Positions 19,154 to 28,847 of a stretch of 64,000 nucleotides of DNA are shown one piece after another; positions within the stretch are counted from its first letter, which is position 1, and the number at the start of each line of letters is the position of its first letter. The stretch comes from a virus: the IMG/VR virus record IMGVR_UViG_3300006990_000014; one strand, written 5' to 3'. The position numbers and the translations under genes were made by a program. The notes under the pieces were generated by a model. That model saw only the letters and a list, made by a program, of their open reading frames with translations, was not told the origin of the DNA and made no database searches.

Positions 19154-19441
19154 ATGTCTAGTAAAGATAGAATTGTAAATGTTACACCAAATCTAATTAA
19201 GCAACTTGTGCTTGAAGAGCGACAAAAGTTAAATGAAACTTTAGAGCTTAAGATGAAAAGACCGGAAGACGTTCATAAGAAAGTGAGAGAAGTTGATGCA
19301 ACTGGATACGCAGACACTCTTTCAAAATGCATGGATTATTACCAGATGTGTAAACTAAAAGAATCAAAGCTTATTAAAGATCTTAAAAGTCTACAAGAAG
19401 TTAAAAGAGAGCTTAAGGCAAGAATACTTAAAGGTATATAG
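19154..19441 (+). CDS. Small helical hypothetical protein (head cluster)
   Basis: AGGAG SD; VTPNLIKQLVLEERQKLNE N-terminus; coiled-coil C-terminus. Confidence 0.6.
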   Translation: MSSKDRIVNVTPNLIKQLVLEERQKLNETLELKMKRPEDVHKKVREVDATGYADTLSKCMDYYQMCKLKESKLIKDLKSLQEVKRELKARILKGI

Positions 19442-19473
19442 GATTTAATTTTATACTTTGAAAGGAAAAAATT

Positions 19474-20043
19474 ATGGCAGGTTATAGAAGAACAGGTGAT
19501 AAAGACCACGTAAATGCTACAACATTTAACGAACAAATGAAGCACCAACGACAAGCCTATCAAGCTCGCCCAGAAAATGCTGAGACTGCTTTTGGCGTTT
19601 ATAGCGCTTCTAGCATTTTTCCTAATAATATGGGTGAAATATTTGAAAGCTCTCTTAGCGTAGCACAAGAATTAGACGAAAAATATAGTCCTTCTGGTGA
19701 AAATCCAGGAAACCCAGACTTTACAAGTTTAATTAAATTTGACTATAGCCAATCAACAGAAATGTTTGGCAATTTATCAGAGCCAATTGATAAACCTAAC
19801 AAGCTAGGACCAAACTTACTTGTACCAGATGTAAACAACCTTTCAGTAGCAACAGAAGGACAAGTTTCTGCAAGATTCTTAAATAAAGGTTACGGCTGGA
19901 GAGATGAAAGAAATAATCCGGGCAGCGAACAGTCTACAATAGGAACTTATTTTAAAAATCACTATACTTCTGGCGCAAACAAACCAACACTTGGTGAGTC
20001 AAACGACTTTAATAATAACATAGACTATAATCAACCTGTATAG
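19474..20043 (+). CDS. Hypothetical protein (head cluster)
   Basis: 189-aa ORF with AAGGA SD, colinear with head genes. Confidence 0.6.
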   Translation: MAGYRRTGDKDHVNATTFNEQMKHQRQAYQARPENAETAFGVYSASSIFPNNMGEIFESSLSVAQELDEKYSPSGENPGNPDFTSLIKFDYSQSTEMFGNLSEPIDKPNKLGPNLLVPDVNNLSVATEGQVSARFLNKGYGWRDERNNPGSEQSTIGTYFKNHYTSGANKPTLGESNDFNNNIDYNQPV

Positions 20044-20060
20044 TAGCAAAGAGTAAAGTA

Positions 20061-20933
20061 ATGCCTAAATCTTCTGGAACTATAAAGACTAATCCAAACT
20101 CGTTTGGTGGAGCCTTTGGTTATGACGGCAGGACAGGTTTAGGCATTGGTTCACTTGGTGGTGATCCCAATAGTGGAATTGGTAGAAACTGGAATATGGG
20201 CGATGCATTAAGCACACCAAAAGGTGAATTTGATGTATCTAGTCAAGAAGTCGAAGAAAAGTTAACAAAAGATACAACAGTTAGAGAATTAGCTATATTT
20301 GCAGGTCTTATTGATAATACAGAAAGTTTTGACGATATAGATGCAAGCATAGAGAAAAAGGCCTTTAGTTCAACAAATCAAACACCTACAGATAGCTTGG
20401 CTCATAAAGGCACAGACATATCAAGCTTGGGCGGTCTAGGAAATTCTATAGCAAGTGTGATTGGAATGTCAGAAAGTTATCTTGTTAGTTACATAAAGGA
20501 ACAGTTACTAGAATATAAAGGTTCTAGCGGTCGCCTTGCCGTAATGTCTTCTCCTAACACGGGGAAAAATCTTGGCGGGAAAAACAAGAAAGATCCGTTA
20601 CCTATTGACGATGCATCAGCATCGTCAAATACTGCAGACCCAGGCCCAGAAGGTGCTTCTAACGATTTAGGACTTAACAGCATAAGTAGATCAGCAATTA
20701 ATTCAAAAGGTATTGGTCAAAGAAGAATCACAGTAAAGCTTGGAAAAGATAAATACGATTTGCACCCTACAACTGACGGTGGAGAAACAGTTTTTGATTC
20801 TGATCTTAAAGTTGATATCGACTCAGATGAAACAACATATCAAAATCTTGAAAGAACTTCAAGCAGAAGTTATGTTGATAATCAAGTTGTGCACAAACAA
20901 ATTCATAAAAAACTAAAATTGACAAATATATAA
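20061..20933 (+). CDS. Hypothetical Gly/Ser-rich protein (head cluster)
   Basis: 290-aa ORF, likely partly disordered; internal YLVSYIKEQLLE motif. Confidence 0.55.
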   Translation: MPKSSGTIKTNPNSFGGAFGYDGRTGLGIGSLGGDPNSGIGRNWNMGDALSTPKGEFDVSSQEVEEKLTKDTTVRELAIFAGLIDNTESFDDIDASIEKKAFSSTNQTPTDSLAHKGTDISSLGGLGNSIASVIGMSESYLVSYIKEQLLEYKGSSGRLAVMSSPNTGKNLGGKNKKDPLPIDDASASSNTADPGPEGASNDLGLNSISRSAINSKGIGQRRITVKLGKDKYDLHPTTDGGETVFDSDLKVDIDSDETTYQNLERTSSRSYVDNQVVHKQIHKKLKLTNI

Positions 20934-20956
20934 TCAATATAATTAAAGGCAAAATA

Positions 20957-22501
20957 ATGAGTAATAATGTATTATATAGCGAGGCAATTAAAGCTGCAGA
21001 AGAAATAAGAGTTTCTGCTGAAAATAAAGTTAGACAAAATCTTATCGAGACTTTAACACCTCAAATCAAGACGATGGTAGAAAAAAAACTTTTTGAAGAA
21101 GACGGTTCTGAATCAATTGACGAAGAAGAATTAGAAGCATATGGTGTCGAATCAATTGATGAAGAAGACACAGAAGAATGTGGTCCTGAAGCAATTGAAG
21201 AAAACGAAAATATTGATTTGAACAGTGAGTCAAGAAGAATATTGAACAAATTAATAAGCAAAAACATGCAAAAAAATGCGGTAAATGAAAAAATAAATAG
21301 TATTAAAGAAAGTTTAAACGCTTTAAACAAAGTTATAATTTTAAGTGAAAATGCATCTAACAAAAGATCTGTTAATAAAAAAATAGTTAAATTTTATAAA
21401 AAAATTATTTCAGAGTTTAAAAATTTAAAAAGCAACAATATAGTTAAAGAAGACAAAGATTTATTAAAAAACTTTTATATATTAAGCAAGGAGATAGAAA
21501 ATATGTCTAATAGACGTTACAACAAGAAGTTTTTGAGCGAGAGCCTTGAAGACTTGCTAGAAATGAACTTATTTGAAGAAGATAGTGACGATGAGTCAAG
21601 TGAGGATGTCGACGCTGAAGATATTTTCGGTGACGAAGACGCTGAAGATTCTGAAAAAGATGATGACTCTTCAGATTTGATGGCAGGCCTTGAAGAAACA
21701 GACGAGCCTCAGTCTGTTACGTCAAATACAACTGTTGAAGAATTAGCTCAGATGGCAGGTCTATTAGAAGACGATGCTCCATCAGAAATGCCTGCTGCAG
21801 ATGATGATGAGGATGAAGACACTTCAGAAATGGAACTTGAAGGTATTTTTGAAGATGACGCTCCTGAAGAAGGTGAAAACTGTGGTCCTGACGAGATGGC
21901 TGAGTCATTTGGGCGTCGAGATCGCGTTTTAGAGATTGATGAAAATATGCTTAGAAGAGAGATTGGTAGAATGAAGACTCTTCGCGAAGGTGAAGCTAAA
22001 GATATGGCTTCACACTTTGGAGGTGGTTCTGTAGAAGGTGAAGTATTTGTTGATGGTGTAGAACTTAACAAGCTTCATGAAATGAAAATTAAAGCTGCAA
22101 AGGTTGTGCGCAAGAATCGCATGCTAGAAAGCAAGCTTTCTCAATATAAAAAGGCACTTCGAGGAATGAAAGGCCAACTTCAAGAGATGAACCTATTCAA
22201 CGCAAAGCTTCTTTATGCTAACAAACTTATGCAAAACAAAGACTTATCAATTAAGCAACAACGCCACATTGTTGAGTCTTTAGATGAAGCAAAGACTTTA
22301 GGTGAGGCTAAGATTCTTTTCGAGAGCCTTTCTAAGTCACTTGTAAGCGGTAGAAAAACTAGCAACGGCAAAACCCTTTCAGAAGGTGCAATTCGACGTC
22401 GTAGTTCTGGGTACTCTTCTTCACCAGTGAAGAGCGCACAAACTATAAATGAGTCAGTAGCACTTGATAGATGGGCAACACTAGCTGGTATTAAGAACTA
22501 A
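20957..22501 (+). CDS. Prohead scaffolding/core protein (T4 gp22 position)
   Basis: Immediately before MCP; very acidic linkers, coiled coil QLQEMNLFNAKLLYANKL...IVESLDEAKTLGEAKILFESL, C-terminal DRWATLAGIKN. Confidence 0.8.
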   Translation: MSNNVLYSEAIKAAEEIRVSAENKVRQNLIETLTPQIKTMVEKKLFEEDGSESIDEEELEAYGVESIDEEDTEECGPEAIEENENIDLNSESRRILNKLISKNMQKNAVNEKINSIKESLNALNKVIILSENASNKRSVNKKIVKFYKKIISEFKNLKSNNIVKEDKDLLKNFYILSKEIENMSNRRYNKKFLSESLEDLLEMNLFEEDSDDESSEDVDAEDIFGDEDAEDSEKDDDSSDLMAGLEETDEPQSVTSNTTVEELAQMAGLLEDDAPSEMPAADDDEDEDTSEMELEGIFEDDAPEEGENCGPDEMAESFGRRDRVLEIDENMLRREIGRMKTLREGEAKDMASHFGGGSVEGEVFVDGVELNKLHEMKIKAAKVVRKNRMLESKLSQYKKALRGMKGQLQEMNLFNAKLLYANKLMQNKDLSIKQQRHIVESLDEAKTLGEAKILFESLSKSLVSGRKTSNGKTLSEGAIRRRSSGYSSSPVKSAQTINESVALDRWATLAGIKN

Positions 22502-22533
22502 GAATTTTAAAATATATAAAAAAAGGATAAAAC

Positions 22534-24471
22534 ATGAGTTTTACATTACAAAAGTTAACTGAAGGTATTAGAGACCGCCACGTAGGCCAGCAAAATAAGC
22601 GCCTCGTTGAGAAATGGTCTCGCACTGGTCTTCTTCGCGGTATGGAAGAAGTAAATCGTGAGAATATGGCTACTCTTCTTGAGAACCAGGCAGCACAAGC
22701 TCTTCGCGAGAGTAACTCAATGGGTAGCGGTGACGTTGGTGGTTTCACTAACATCGCATTCCCAATTGTTCGCCGTGTTTTCGGTGGTCTCGTAGCAAAC
22801 GAGCTAGTTTCAATTCAACCTATGAGTCTTCCAAGTGGTCTTCTCTTTTATCTAGACTACACATACGGCAGTGACCAAGGTGGTTACAAGGCTGGTGAGT
22901 CTATTTACGGATCTCCCGCAGGTAGAAAAATCCAAGACGGCGCCGATGCTGTTGGCGGTCAATATGACCTTGCTGGTAGTGGTTTTTCACGTCGCCACAT
23001 TACAGTTCTAGATGGACAAGATCCTAAAGTTGCTGCTAAGCTAGGACAGGCAGCAGCCGGTGATGTTAATAATAGATTTACTATCGCTGATGCACAATTA
23101 GGTTCGTATAACGCAGACGCAGAGGCCCCTTTAACTGGTGTTAATTCTTTAAATACTACATCACTTGCTGACCTTAAAGCTTTGCAATTTGATTCACAAC
23201 TTATTGAAAGAATTGCAGACGCATCAATTGCTGACAAATATTCACTTTTACACCTCACATTAAACTCTTTACGTATTGATAATGCAACTACAAATCCATT
23301 TTCTTCTGAGGGTCTTGATAAGACAGCAATTAAAGACGTTGCATTACACTTAGCAGGAGATGGTGGCAAACTTAAAGTAGTAGCAGGAGCAGTTCAGCAA
23401 GGTTCTTTATTAAATGTAAGAAGACTAAACCAGCTAGGTACGTTTGATGTCGCTACAGGTAAGTTTGTTGCAGACGTTGATCAAGATCTTACAGCAGCAA
23501 ATGCAGCAATTCGCTTTGTAATAAGAACTAACGGTGCAGCAACACTTGCTGCAGAAGATCTTTCTGCTGTAACAGTTTCTTTTGTTAAGGCTGACGGCGC
23601 GTCAATGGCTACAGCTCAAGGCTTTGGTGAGGTTGCTGGTGCTCCAGCATTTGAGGCAGACTTCACCACTGACGGTACACCTACAATCCCAGAGATTGAT
23701 ATTAAGATTGAGTCGATTCCTGTAACTGCACAAACACGTAAGTTACGTGCACGTTGGAGCCCTGAGCTTGCTCAAGACCTTAACGCATACCACTCAATGG
23801 ATGCTGAGGTAGAGCTTACTCAGATTCTTTCTGAGCAAATTGCTCTAGAGATTGATCGCGAGATTCTTGGTGATCTTCTAACAGGTGCTAAGGGTGCTAA
23901 CTTCTTCTGGAGTCGTTCACCTGGTAAATTTGTTAACAAGCGTACTGGTGCAGAGGTTGCTCGTACATCAACACTTAACCCTGGACCAGCTTTCACTGGT
24001 ACAGTTCGTGAGTGGTATGAGACTTTGACTGAGACAGTTATTGACGTTGCTAATGAGATTCACCGTAAGACTCTACGTGGTTCTGCAAACTTTATCGTAG
24101 TTTCTCCTGATGTTGCAACAATTCTTGAGGCTTCAGTTCTTTATCGTCCTAGCTATAGCATTGACGGTGACGGACAAGTTGGTGCTCCTTTCACAATGGG
24201 CGCTGAGAAGGTTGGTACTCTTTCTAACCGCTTCACAGTTTACAAAGACCCATACTTCCCACGCAACAAGATCCTTGTTGGTTACAAGGGTGGTTCTTAC
24301 CTAGAGACTGGTTTCGTTTACGCTCCGTATGTTCCATTGATCGTTACTCCTACAATCTTCCAGCCTGAGGACTTCACACCACGTAAGGGCGTGATGACTC
24401 GTTACGGTAAGAAGATGGTTCGCGCTGACTTCTACGGATCAGTTACATGCCTCGACATGAACATTATCTAA
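22534..24471 (+). CDS. gp23: Major capsid protein (T4 gp23-like)
   Basis: LLENQ, FPIVRRVF, IQPMSLPSGLLFYLDY, VTAQTRKLRARWSPELAQDLNAYH, EIDREIL, YAPYVPL, PRKGVMTRYG. Confidence 0.97.
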   Translation: MSFTLQKLTEGIRDRHVGQQNKRLVEKWSRTGLLRGMEEVNRENMATLLENQAAQALRESNSMGSGDVGGFTNIAFPIVRRVFGGLVANELVSIQPMSLPSGLLFYLDYTYGSDQGGYKAGESIYGSPAGRKIQDGADAVGGQYDLAGSGFSRRHITVLDGQDPKVAAKLGQAAAGDVNNRFTIADAQLGSYNADAEAPLTGVNSLNTTSLADLKALQFDSQLIERIADASIADKYSLLHLTLNSLRIDNATTNPFSSEGLDKTAIKDVALHLAGDGGKLKVVAGAVQQGSLLNVRRLNQLGTFDVATGKFVADVDQDLTAANAAIRFVIRTNGAATLAAEDLSAVTVSFVKADGASMATAQGFGEVAGAPAFEADFTTDGTPTIPEIDIKIESIPVTAQTRKLRARWSPELAQDLNAYHSMDAEVELTQILSEQIALEIDREILGDLLTGAKGANFFWSRSPGKFVNKRTGAEVARTSTLNPGPAFTGTVREWYETLTETVIDVANEIHRKTLRGSANFIVVSPDVATILEASVLYRPSYSIDGDGQVGAPFTMGAEKVGTLSNRFTVYKDPYFPRNKILVGYKGGSYLETGFVYAPYVPLIVTPTIFQPEDFTPRKGVMTRYGKKMVRADFYGSVTCLDMNII

Positions 24472-24507
24472 GATAAGTTCTAGTGGTTGACACCTTAGGG
24501 TGACGAT

Positions 24508-24531
24508 AAACCAGCTTATGCTGGTTTTTTT
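24508..24531 (+). terminator. Rho-independent terminator after MCP
   Basis: AAACCAGC-TTAT-GCTGGTTT stem-loop with T run 24525-24531. Confidence 0.85.
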
Positions 24532-24556
24532 GTATTTGCTTGGAGAAGTAACGTTA

Positions 24557-24613
24557 GTTTTGACTTTTTTAGAAGCTAATATGAATAAGTGTGTTAGGCT
24601 AAAAAGTTAAAAC
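24557..24613. other. Long imperfect hairpin between convergent genes
   Basis: GTTTTGACTTTTT (24557-24569) pairs with AAAAAGTTAAAAC (24601-24613); inner stem CTAATAT/GTGTTAG. Confidence 0.5.
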
Positions 24614-24621
24614 AGTGATCA

Positions 24622-27600
24622 TTAAGATAACAGCATTTTGACGTATTGTCTAATAAGTGAGTCCATTTGTAACTCTGCTTCTTCTTCTGGTGTATTTGCG
24701 CTTAAGTTTGATGCTTCATCAGGAAAAGCCATTCCCATGTGCATTCTTGCATGCTTGCCCATTTTCTGGACAATTTCAAAAGCTATTTCTTTTGAATATC
24801 GAGTGCCAAACATACTACTATTACTGTTGAATTTTCTATCTCTAAACAATTCTTTAAGCGTTTCTCTTACAATTGTGAGCTCTTTACCGTATAAACTATT
24901 ACTACCATCTTCAGATATACCGATAAAGTTTTTAAAGAAGTTTTTTATACCGTTAGCTGAATTGTAGTTTTGACCTGTAGATAATGTAGCGATTTTTTGC
25001 ATAATATCTTTAGGAAAAGCTTTGTTATTCTGAGTGAATATATTAATTAAACTATTTGTAAAGAGTGTATGTAACTCCACTTTTCCGTAATGACTTATAA
25101 CATGATTTATTTTTTTCCTCAAGGCATTTATTGTTTCATCACTTCCTATTATTTCCATATCAATCTTTTGAATTGCGTTTGTTGCTAAACTTCTTTCATG
25201 TGTTGATTCATAGTTGGTGTTGTCTCTAGAAAATAATTGTTCTACAAATTGACTAAAATAAACTTTTCTTTTTTCCATAGGTATAAAATCTAAAAATGTC
25301 AATATTAAAAACGTAAATTTTGGTATTTGAAGTCTATGCAAAGAATAGTAATTGTCAATAAAGTTTGATGACTTTACAAATATTTTAGATTTATTTTGAA
25401 TATGGTTTATAACGTTATCAATATTTCTTTTGCCTCGCAGAATACTTATACGAGCTTTATGAAAAGTTTTAGTAATAATAAACGCTCTCAAACTATCAGG
25501 CAAAGTTTTAAATATTTCATATGCATATTCAAAGTCAAAGTCTCTCGTTGCGTTGTCTAATATAACTGTTTCAAAAAACGATTGACAAGTCGCTGTGTCT
25601 GCTAATTCATCATTGTTATATGATCTATCAATATGATCAGCAATATTTTTTAGAGTTTTTGTGTTTAAGTCAGTAGCGTTTTTCTTGTATGCACTTAAGA
25701 ATGTTATAAAGTTTGCAAAATAGTCATTACTTTTAAAAACGTCTTTGTACGAAGTTAAATCATTAAATATGTCAAATTCATCTTGATTATAAGACACATT
25801 AAGTGGATTACCTTTTTCGATATTGCTACCAATTAGTCTGTATAGCACATAAGCATCTCTACTTCCTAAATAGTCTTTTATTAGTCTAAAAGTTTTGTAT
25901 TCTGTTAATACATTTTCTTTTATTTCTTGATAAGCATTTTTGTCAAGACTTAAAAATCTTCTTTCGTCGTTGCTTTCTTCGCTTAGGTATTCACTTGGCT
26001 TTGCACTTGCATCTTTAATAATATATCTTGTCACAAGACTTAAATCGATACTTACTATTAAATCTTCACTTGAGTCTTCACTTTTTTCTTGTAGATTATT
26101 AACAAATATCTCAGGATATCTAAAAATTAAATGTGAGATAAATACATCAGGTCTAAACGATCTCCCAGAGGATAAACCTCCTGTAATTTTATTTAGTGAA
26201 TTCGTTCCAAATTCTGAAATGTAAGATTTTATTCCTTGCGATTTCATTATCATGTCATATATTTCTATGTTTTGCTTTGTAAGACCTGCTGATTTATTTT
26301 GAACTTTATAGGGATTTAAATATGAACTGTACTCATCACTATCTAGCGCTAGCTTTATTATTCTTTTTAAGTTATTTGCGTTGTTTGTATTACATGCAAT
26401 GCCTAAGGCACTTTTAAACTCATTAAAGTTGAGTTGCTTAAAACTATAAACAGACGTCGTTTTTTTTTGAATTTCTGCAAAAGCATTAAAATATCTTGGG
26501 TGAGATCTTTGATTTAGTATTTTATTTTTTAAATTATTATAAATTTCTTCTCTAGGATACATGCCCTGAGTAAGGAAAAAGTCAGTAAAATACAGCGTCT
26601 CAGCGTCTAAATTATCAAATATATAATAAGCTACACTATCAACAATTACTTCAGCTGCATCTTCTTTAGAGAGCTGTGTTTCTGTGCACATTAACTCATA
26701 TAATCCCATAGTCTGTTCAACACCTGAGAATGCGAGTGATTGTGAAAAACAATTTTTTAATTCGTTGACATCGTTAAGTTTACTAAGTCCTATTACATTA
26801 TCTTCAATCTCAGAAATGTTTGATTGCAAGCTAACTTGTTCTGGCAGATTTGAAATTTCTGTTTTCATTTCATTTGTTATGTATTCATCCAGAAATTCGT
26901 CATCAACGTGATTATTGTGAAAGTCGCAAGTTCCTTCTACATCAATGGTTCCGTCTTTTCGTACTTTAAGGCTAATTGCATAAGCGTCTTCGCCAAAGCC
27001 ATCTTTTTTTGAATGGGCAACTGCTACATACTGACTTGAATTATAACTGCTCCAAGTTGATTCGCTTCTATACGTGCACCAAGTTAATTCGCTCGCTCCT
27101 AATACACTTCCAAGCATATGTTTGAATGCTTTGTAATTTGTTGGATAAACAATTAACATATCATCGTCTTCATATACTTTTAACAATGATTCAGACAACA
27201 TTTTCCCAACTGCAGCTATCTTTTTATAGCCTTTTGCAAATGTCATTCTTTTCATTATGATATTAAAGTCAAAGTTTCCCTTTTCGATCTCATCTTTTTC
27301 TTCTTTTCTTGCAATGTCATAATAAACACGCATATAAAGATCAGCAGCTTTAATACAAGTATCAATATCTACGTCAACAGATTTTTCAATATATTGTATT
27401 ATGCTGTCAAACATTGGAAGAACTTTTTTAAATTCGATAAACTCACCGTCAGAATTTTTATGTTTCCTAAGCTGTTTAATTAAAATTTCTTCTGCTTCTT
27501 TGAGTTTGCTTTTGTTTTCTTTTCCTTTAAGCTCTAGCAGTTTTGTTACATGTACTATTTTTATAATTTCTAAAGCAATGTTTTTCTCTTTTACAGAAGT

Positions 27601-27990
27601 TGCCTCGTAAAGTTCAAGTTGATATTCCTTTTCTTTCTCAGATAGTGTAATTGGTGTTAAGTCTTTTTCGTTTACTTTAATACCTTTACTTTTTCTAATA
27701 TCAACACTTTTTTGTCTATCTTTCTCTTTTGACTCATATTCAGCTTTTAATTTATATAAAAACTCATTTGTTTGCATCGCTGTCAAATATTTTCTTTTTT
27801 TATATAAATTATCATCTATTTTGTCGAAAGCTTCTTCTACAGAACTTATTGTAGGATCGCCAATTAATTGAGGTTTTTCTTTGCAGAGTTTTATTACTTT
27901 TTCTAAAAAGTTTTTAGGTGTTATTAGTGCCATTTCATTTAATAAAGCACTATTTTTATAAAAAACTTGTTTTAAAGAATATTTTGTCAT
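24622..27990 (-). CDS. Large hypothetical protein (1122 aa), possible head-packaged internal protein with a WCT-motif domain
   Basis: Long uninterrupted ORF; VYEDDDMLIVYPTNYKAF...ELTWCTY motif; N-terminal ...LLNE and C-terminal LIRQYVKMLL helices. Confidence 0.75.
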   Translation of the reverse strand: MTKYSLKQVFYKNSALLNEMALITPKNFLEKVIKLCKEKPQLIGDPTISSVEEAFDKIDDNLYKKRKYLTAMQTNEFLYKLKAEYESKEKDRQKSVDIRKSKGIKVNEKDLTPITLSEKEKEYQLELYEATSVKEKNIALEIIKIVHVTKLLELKGKENKSKLKEAEEILIKQLRKHKNSDGEFIEFKKVLPMFDSIIQYIEKSVDVDIDTCIKAADLYMRVYYDIARKEEKDEIEKGNFDFNIIMKRMTFAKGYKKIAAVGKMLSESLLKVYEDDDMLIVYPTNYKAFKHMLGSVLGASELTWCTYRSESTWSSYNSSQYVAVAHSKKDGFGEDAYAISLKVRKDGTIDVEGTCDFHNNHVDDEFLDEYITNEMKTEISNLPEQVSLQSNISEIEDNVIGLSKLNDVNELKNCFSQSLAFSGVEQTMGLYELMCTETQLSKEDAAEVIVDSVAYYIFDNLDAETLYFTDFFLTQGMYPREEIYNNLKNKILNQRSHPRYFNAFAEIQKKTTSVYSFKQLNFNEFKSALGIACNTNNANNLKRIIKLALDSDEYSSYLNPYKVQNKSAGLTKQNIEIYDMIMKSQGIKSYISEFGTNSLNKITGGLSSGRSFRPDVFISHLIFRYPEIFVNNLQEKSEDSSEDLIVSIDLSLVTRYIIKDASAKPSEYLSEESNDERRFLSLDKNAYQEIKENVLTEYKTFRLIKDYLGSRDAYVLYRLIGSNIEKGNPLNVSYNQDEFDIFNDLTSYKDVFKSNDYFANFITFLSAYKKNATDLNTKTLKNIADHIDRSYNNDELADTATCQSFFETVILDNATRDFDFEYAYEIFKTLPDSLRAFIITKTFHKARISILRGKRNIDNVINHIQNKSKIFVKSSNFIDNYYSLHRLQIPKFTFLILTFLDFIPMEKRKVYFSQFVEQLFSRDNTNYESTHERSLATNAIQKIDMEIIGSDETINALRKKINHVISHYGKVELHTLFTNSLINIFTQNNKAFPKDIMQKIATLSTGQNYNSANGIKNFFKNFIGISEDGSNSLYGKELTIVRETLKELFRDRKFNSNSSMFGTRYSKEIAFEIVQKMGKHARMHMGMAFPDEASNLSANTPEEEAELQMDSLIRQYVKMLLS

Positions 27991-28060
27991 TTTATAACCT
28001 TAAGATAATATTTATAGTTGCATTATAATTATAAACTATACTTATAAAAAAGGAAATATA

Positions 28061-28447
28061 ATGAAAAACAACACTAAGCTCATAATGGAAACTTGGAGAA
28101 GATTTTTAAAAGAAGGACCTGAAGGCATTGACCCAGACGGAATGGTTGTAGATGAAGAAGAAGAGGTTAATGCTTCTGATCGATCTCCTGTAGAGGATGA
28201 AGATCTTGAGAGCGACAGGAATATGATCGATAGAATGCATGGTATGGATGATATGGGTGAGTTTAATCCTTACGAAAACTCTCCAATACCGCCAGAAGGC
28301 TTAGACCGTGAAGATGATTATGATTACACTTCATATGACGAAGAAGAAGAAGAATACTATGCTTCACGCGGTGGAAGACCTGCACCTGGCGAAGATACAG
28401 CTAATGAAACCATGCCTTTTGATGACAGCCTAGATAGAATGCCTTAA
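28061..28447 (+). CDS. Acidic disordered protein with KLIMETWRRFLKE N-terminus
   Basis: AAGGA SD; Asp/Glu-rich body. Confidence 0.65.
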   Translation: MKNNTKLIMETWRRFLKEGPEGIDPDGMVVDEEEEVNASDRSPVEDEDLESDRNMIDRMHGMDDMGEFNPYENSPIPPEGLDREDDYDYTSYDEEEEEYYASRGGRPAPGEDTANETMPFDDSLDRMP

Positions 28448-28467
28448 CAAGAAAAATTAAAGTAATA

Positions 28468-28845
28468 ATGAAATATCCAAAGTTTTACGAAAACAGCAGG
28501 TTGCCTGCAATATTAAGCAAATTTGCGCCTATTGACATATGGGCAATAACTTTAGGCCCATGGGTTTTTTGTCGAGGAGAGCTTGCTGAACAGACGAAGA
28601 GGCATGAAACAATACACTATTTACAATATAGAGAACTTTGGTTTATTGGGTTTTTACTTGTTTATCTATTTGATTATTTATGGGCTGCAGTTTTAAGCAG
28701 AAAAGGGTTTTCGCGTGAATCTTACCTTTCCATAAGGTTTGAGCAAGAAGCTTGGAACTGCGATGAATTTGAGGATTATATTGAAAAACGAGAAAAGTTT
28801 GCTTGGAAAAGTTATCCTTTAGGCGGCGCAAAGAAAGAAAGTTAA
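28468..28845 (+). CDS. HExxH zinc-metallopeptidase-like small protein
   Basis: RHETIHYLQ plus downstream FEQEA (candidate third ligand); hydrophobic helix in between. Confidence 0.55.
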   Translation: MKYPKFYENSRLPAILSKFAPIDIWAITLGPWVFCRGELAEQTKRHETIHYLQYRELWFIGFLLVYLFDYLWAAVLSRKGFSRESYLSIRFEQEAWNCDEFEDYIEKREKFAWKSYPLGGAKKES

Positions 28846-28847
28846 TT

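Noticed and set aside
13052-24471. Inteins or introns in terminase, portal or capsid genes
   Set aside because: Motif spacing is normal and no Hint C/S...HN or LAGLIDADG signatures were seen; the MCP insert lacks splicing motifs
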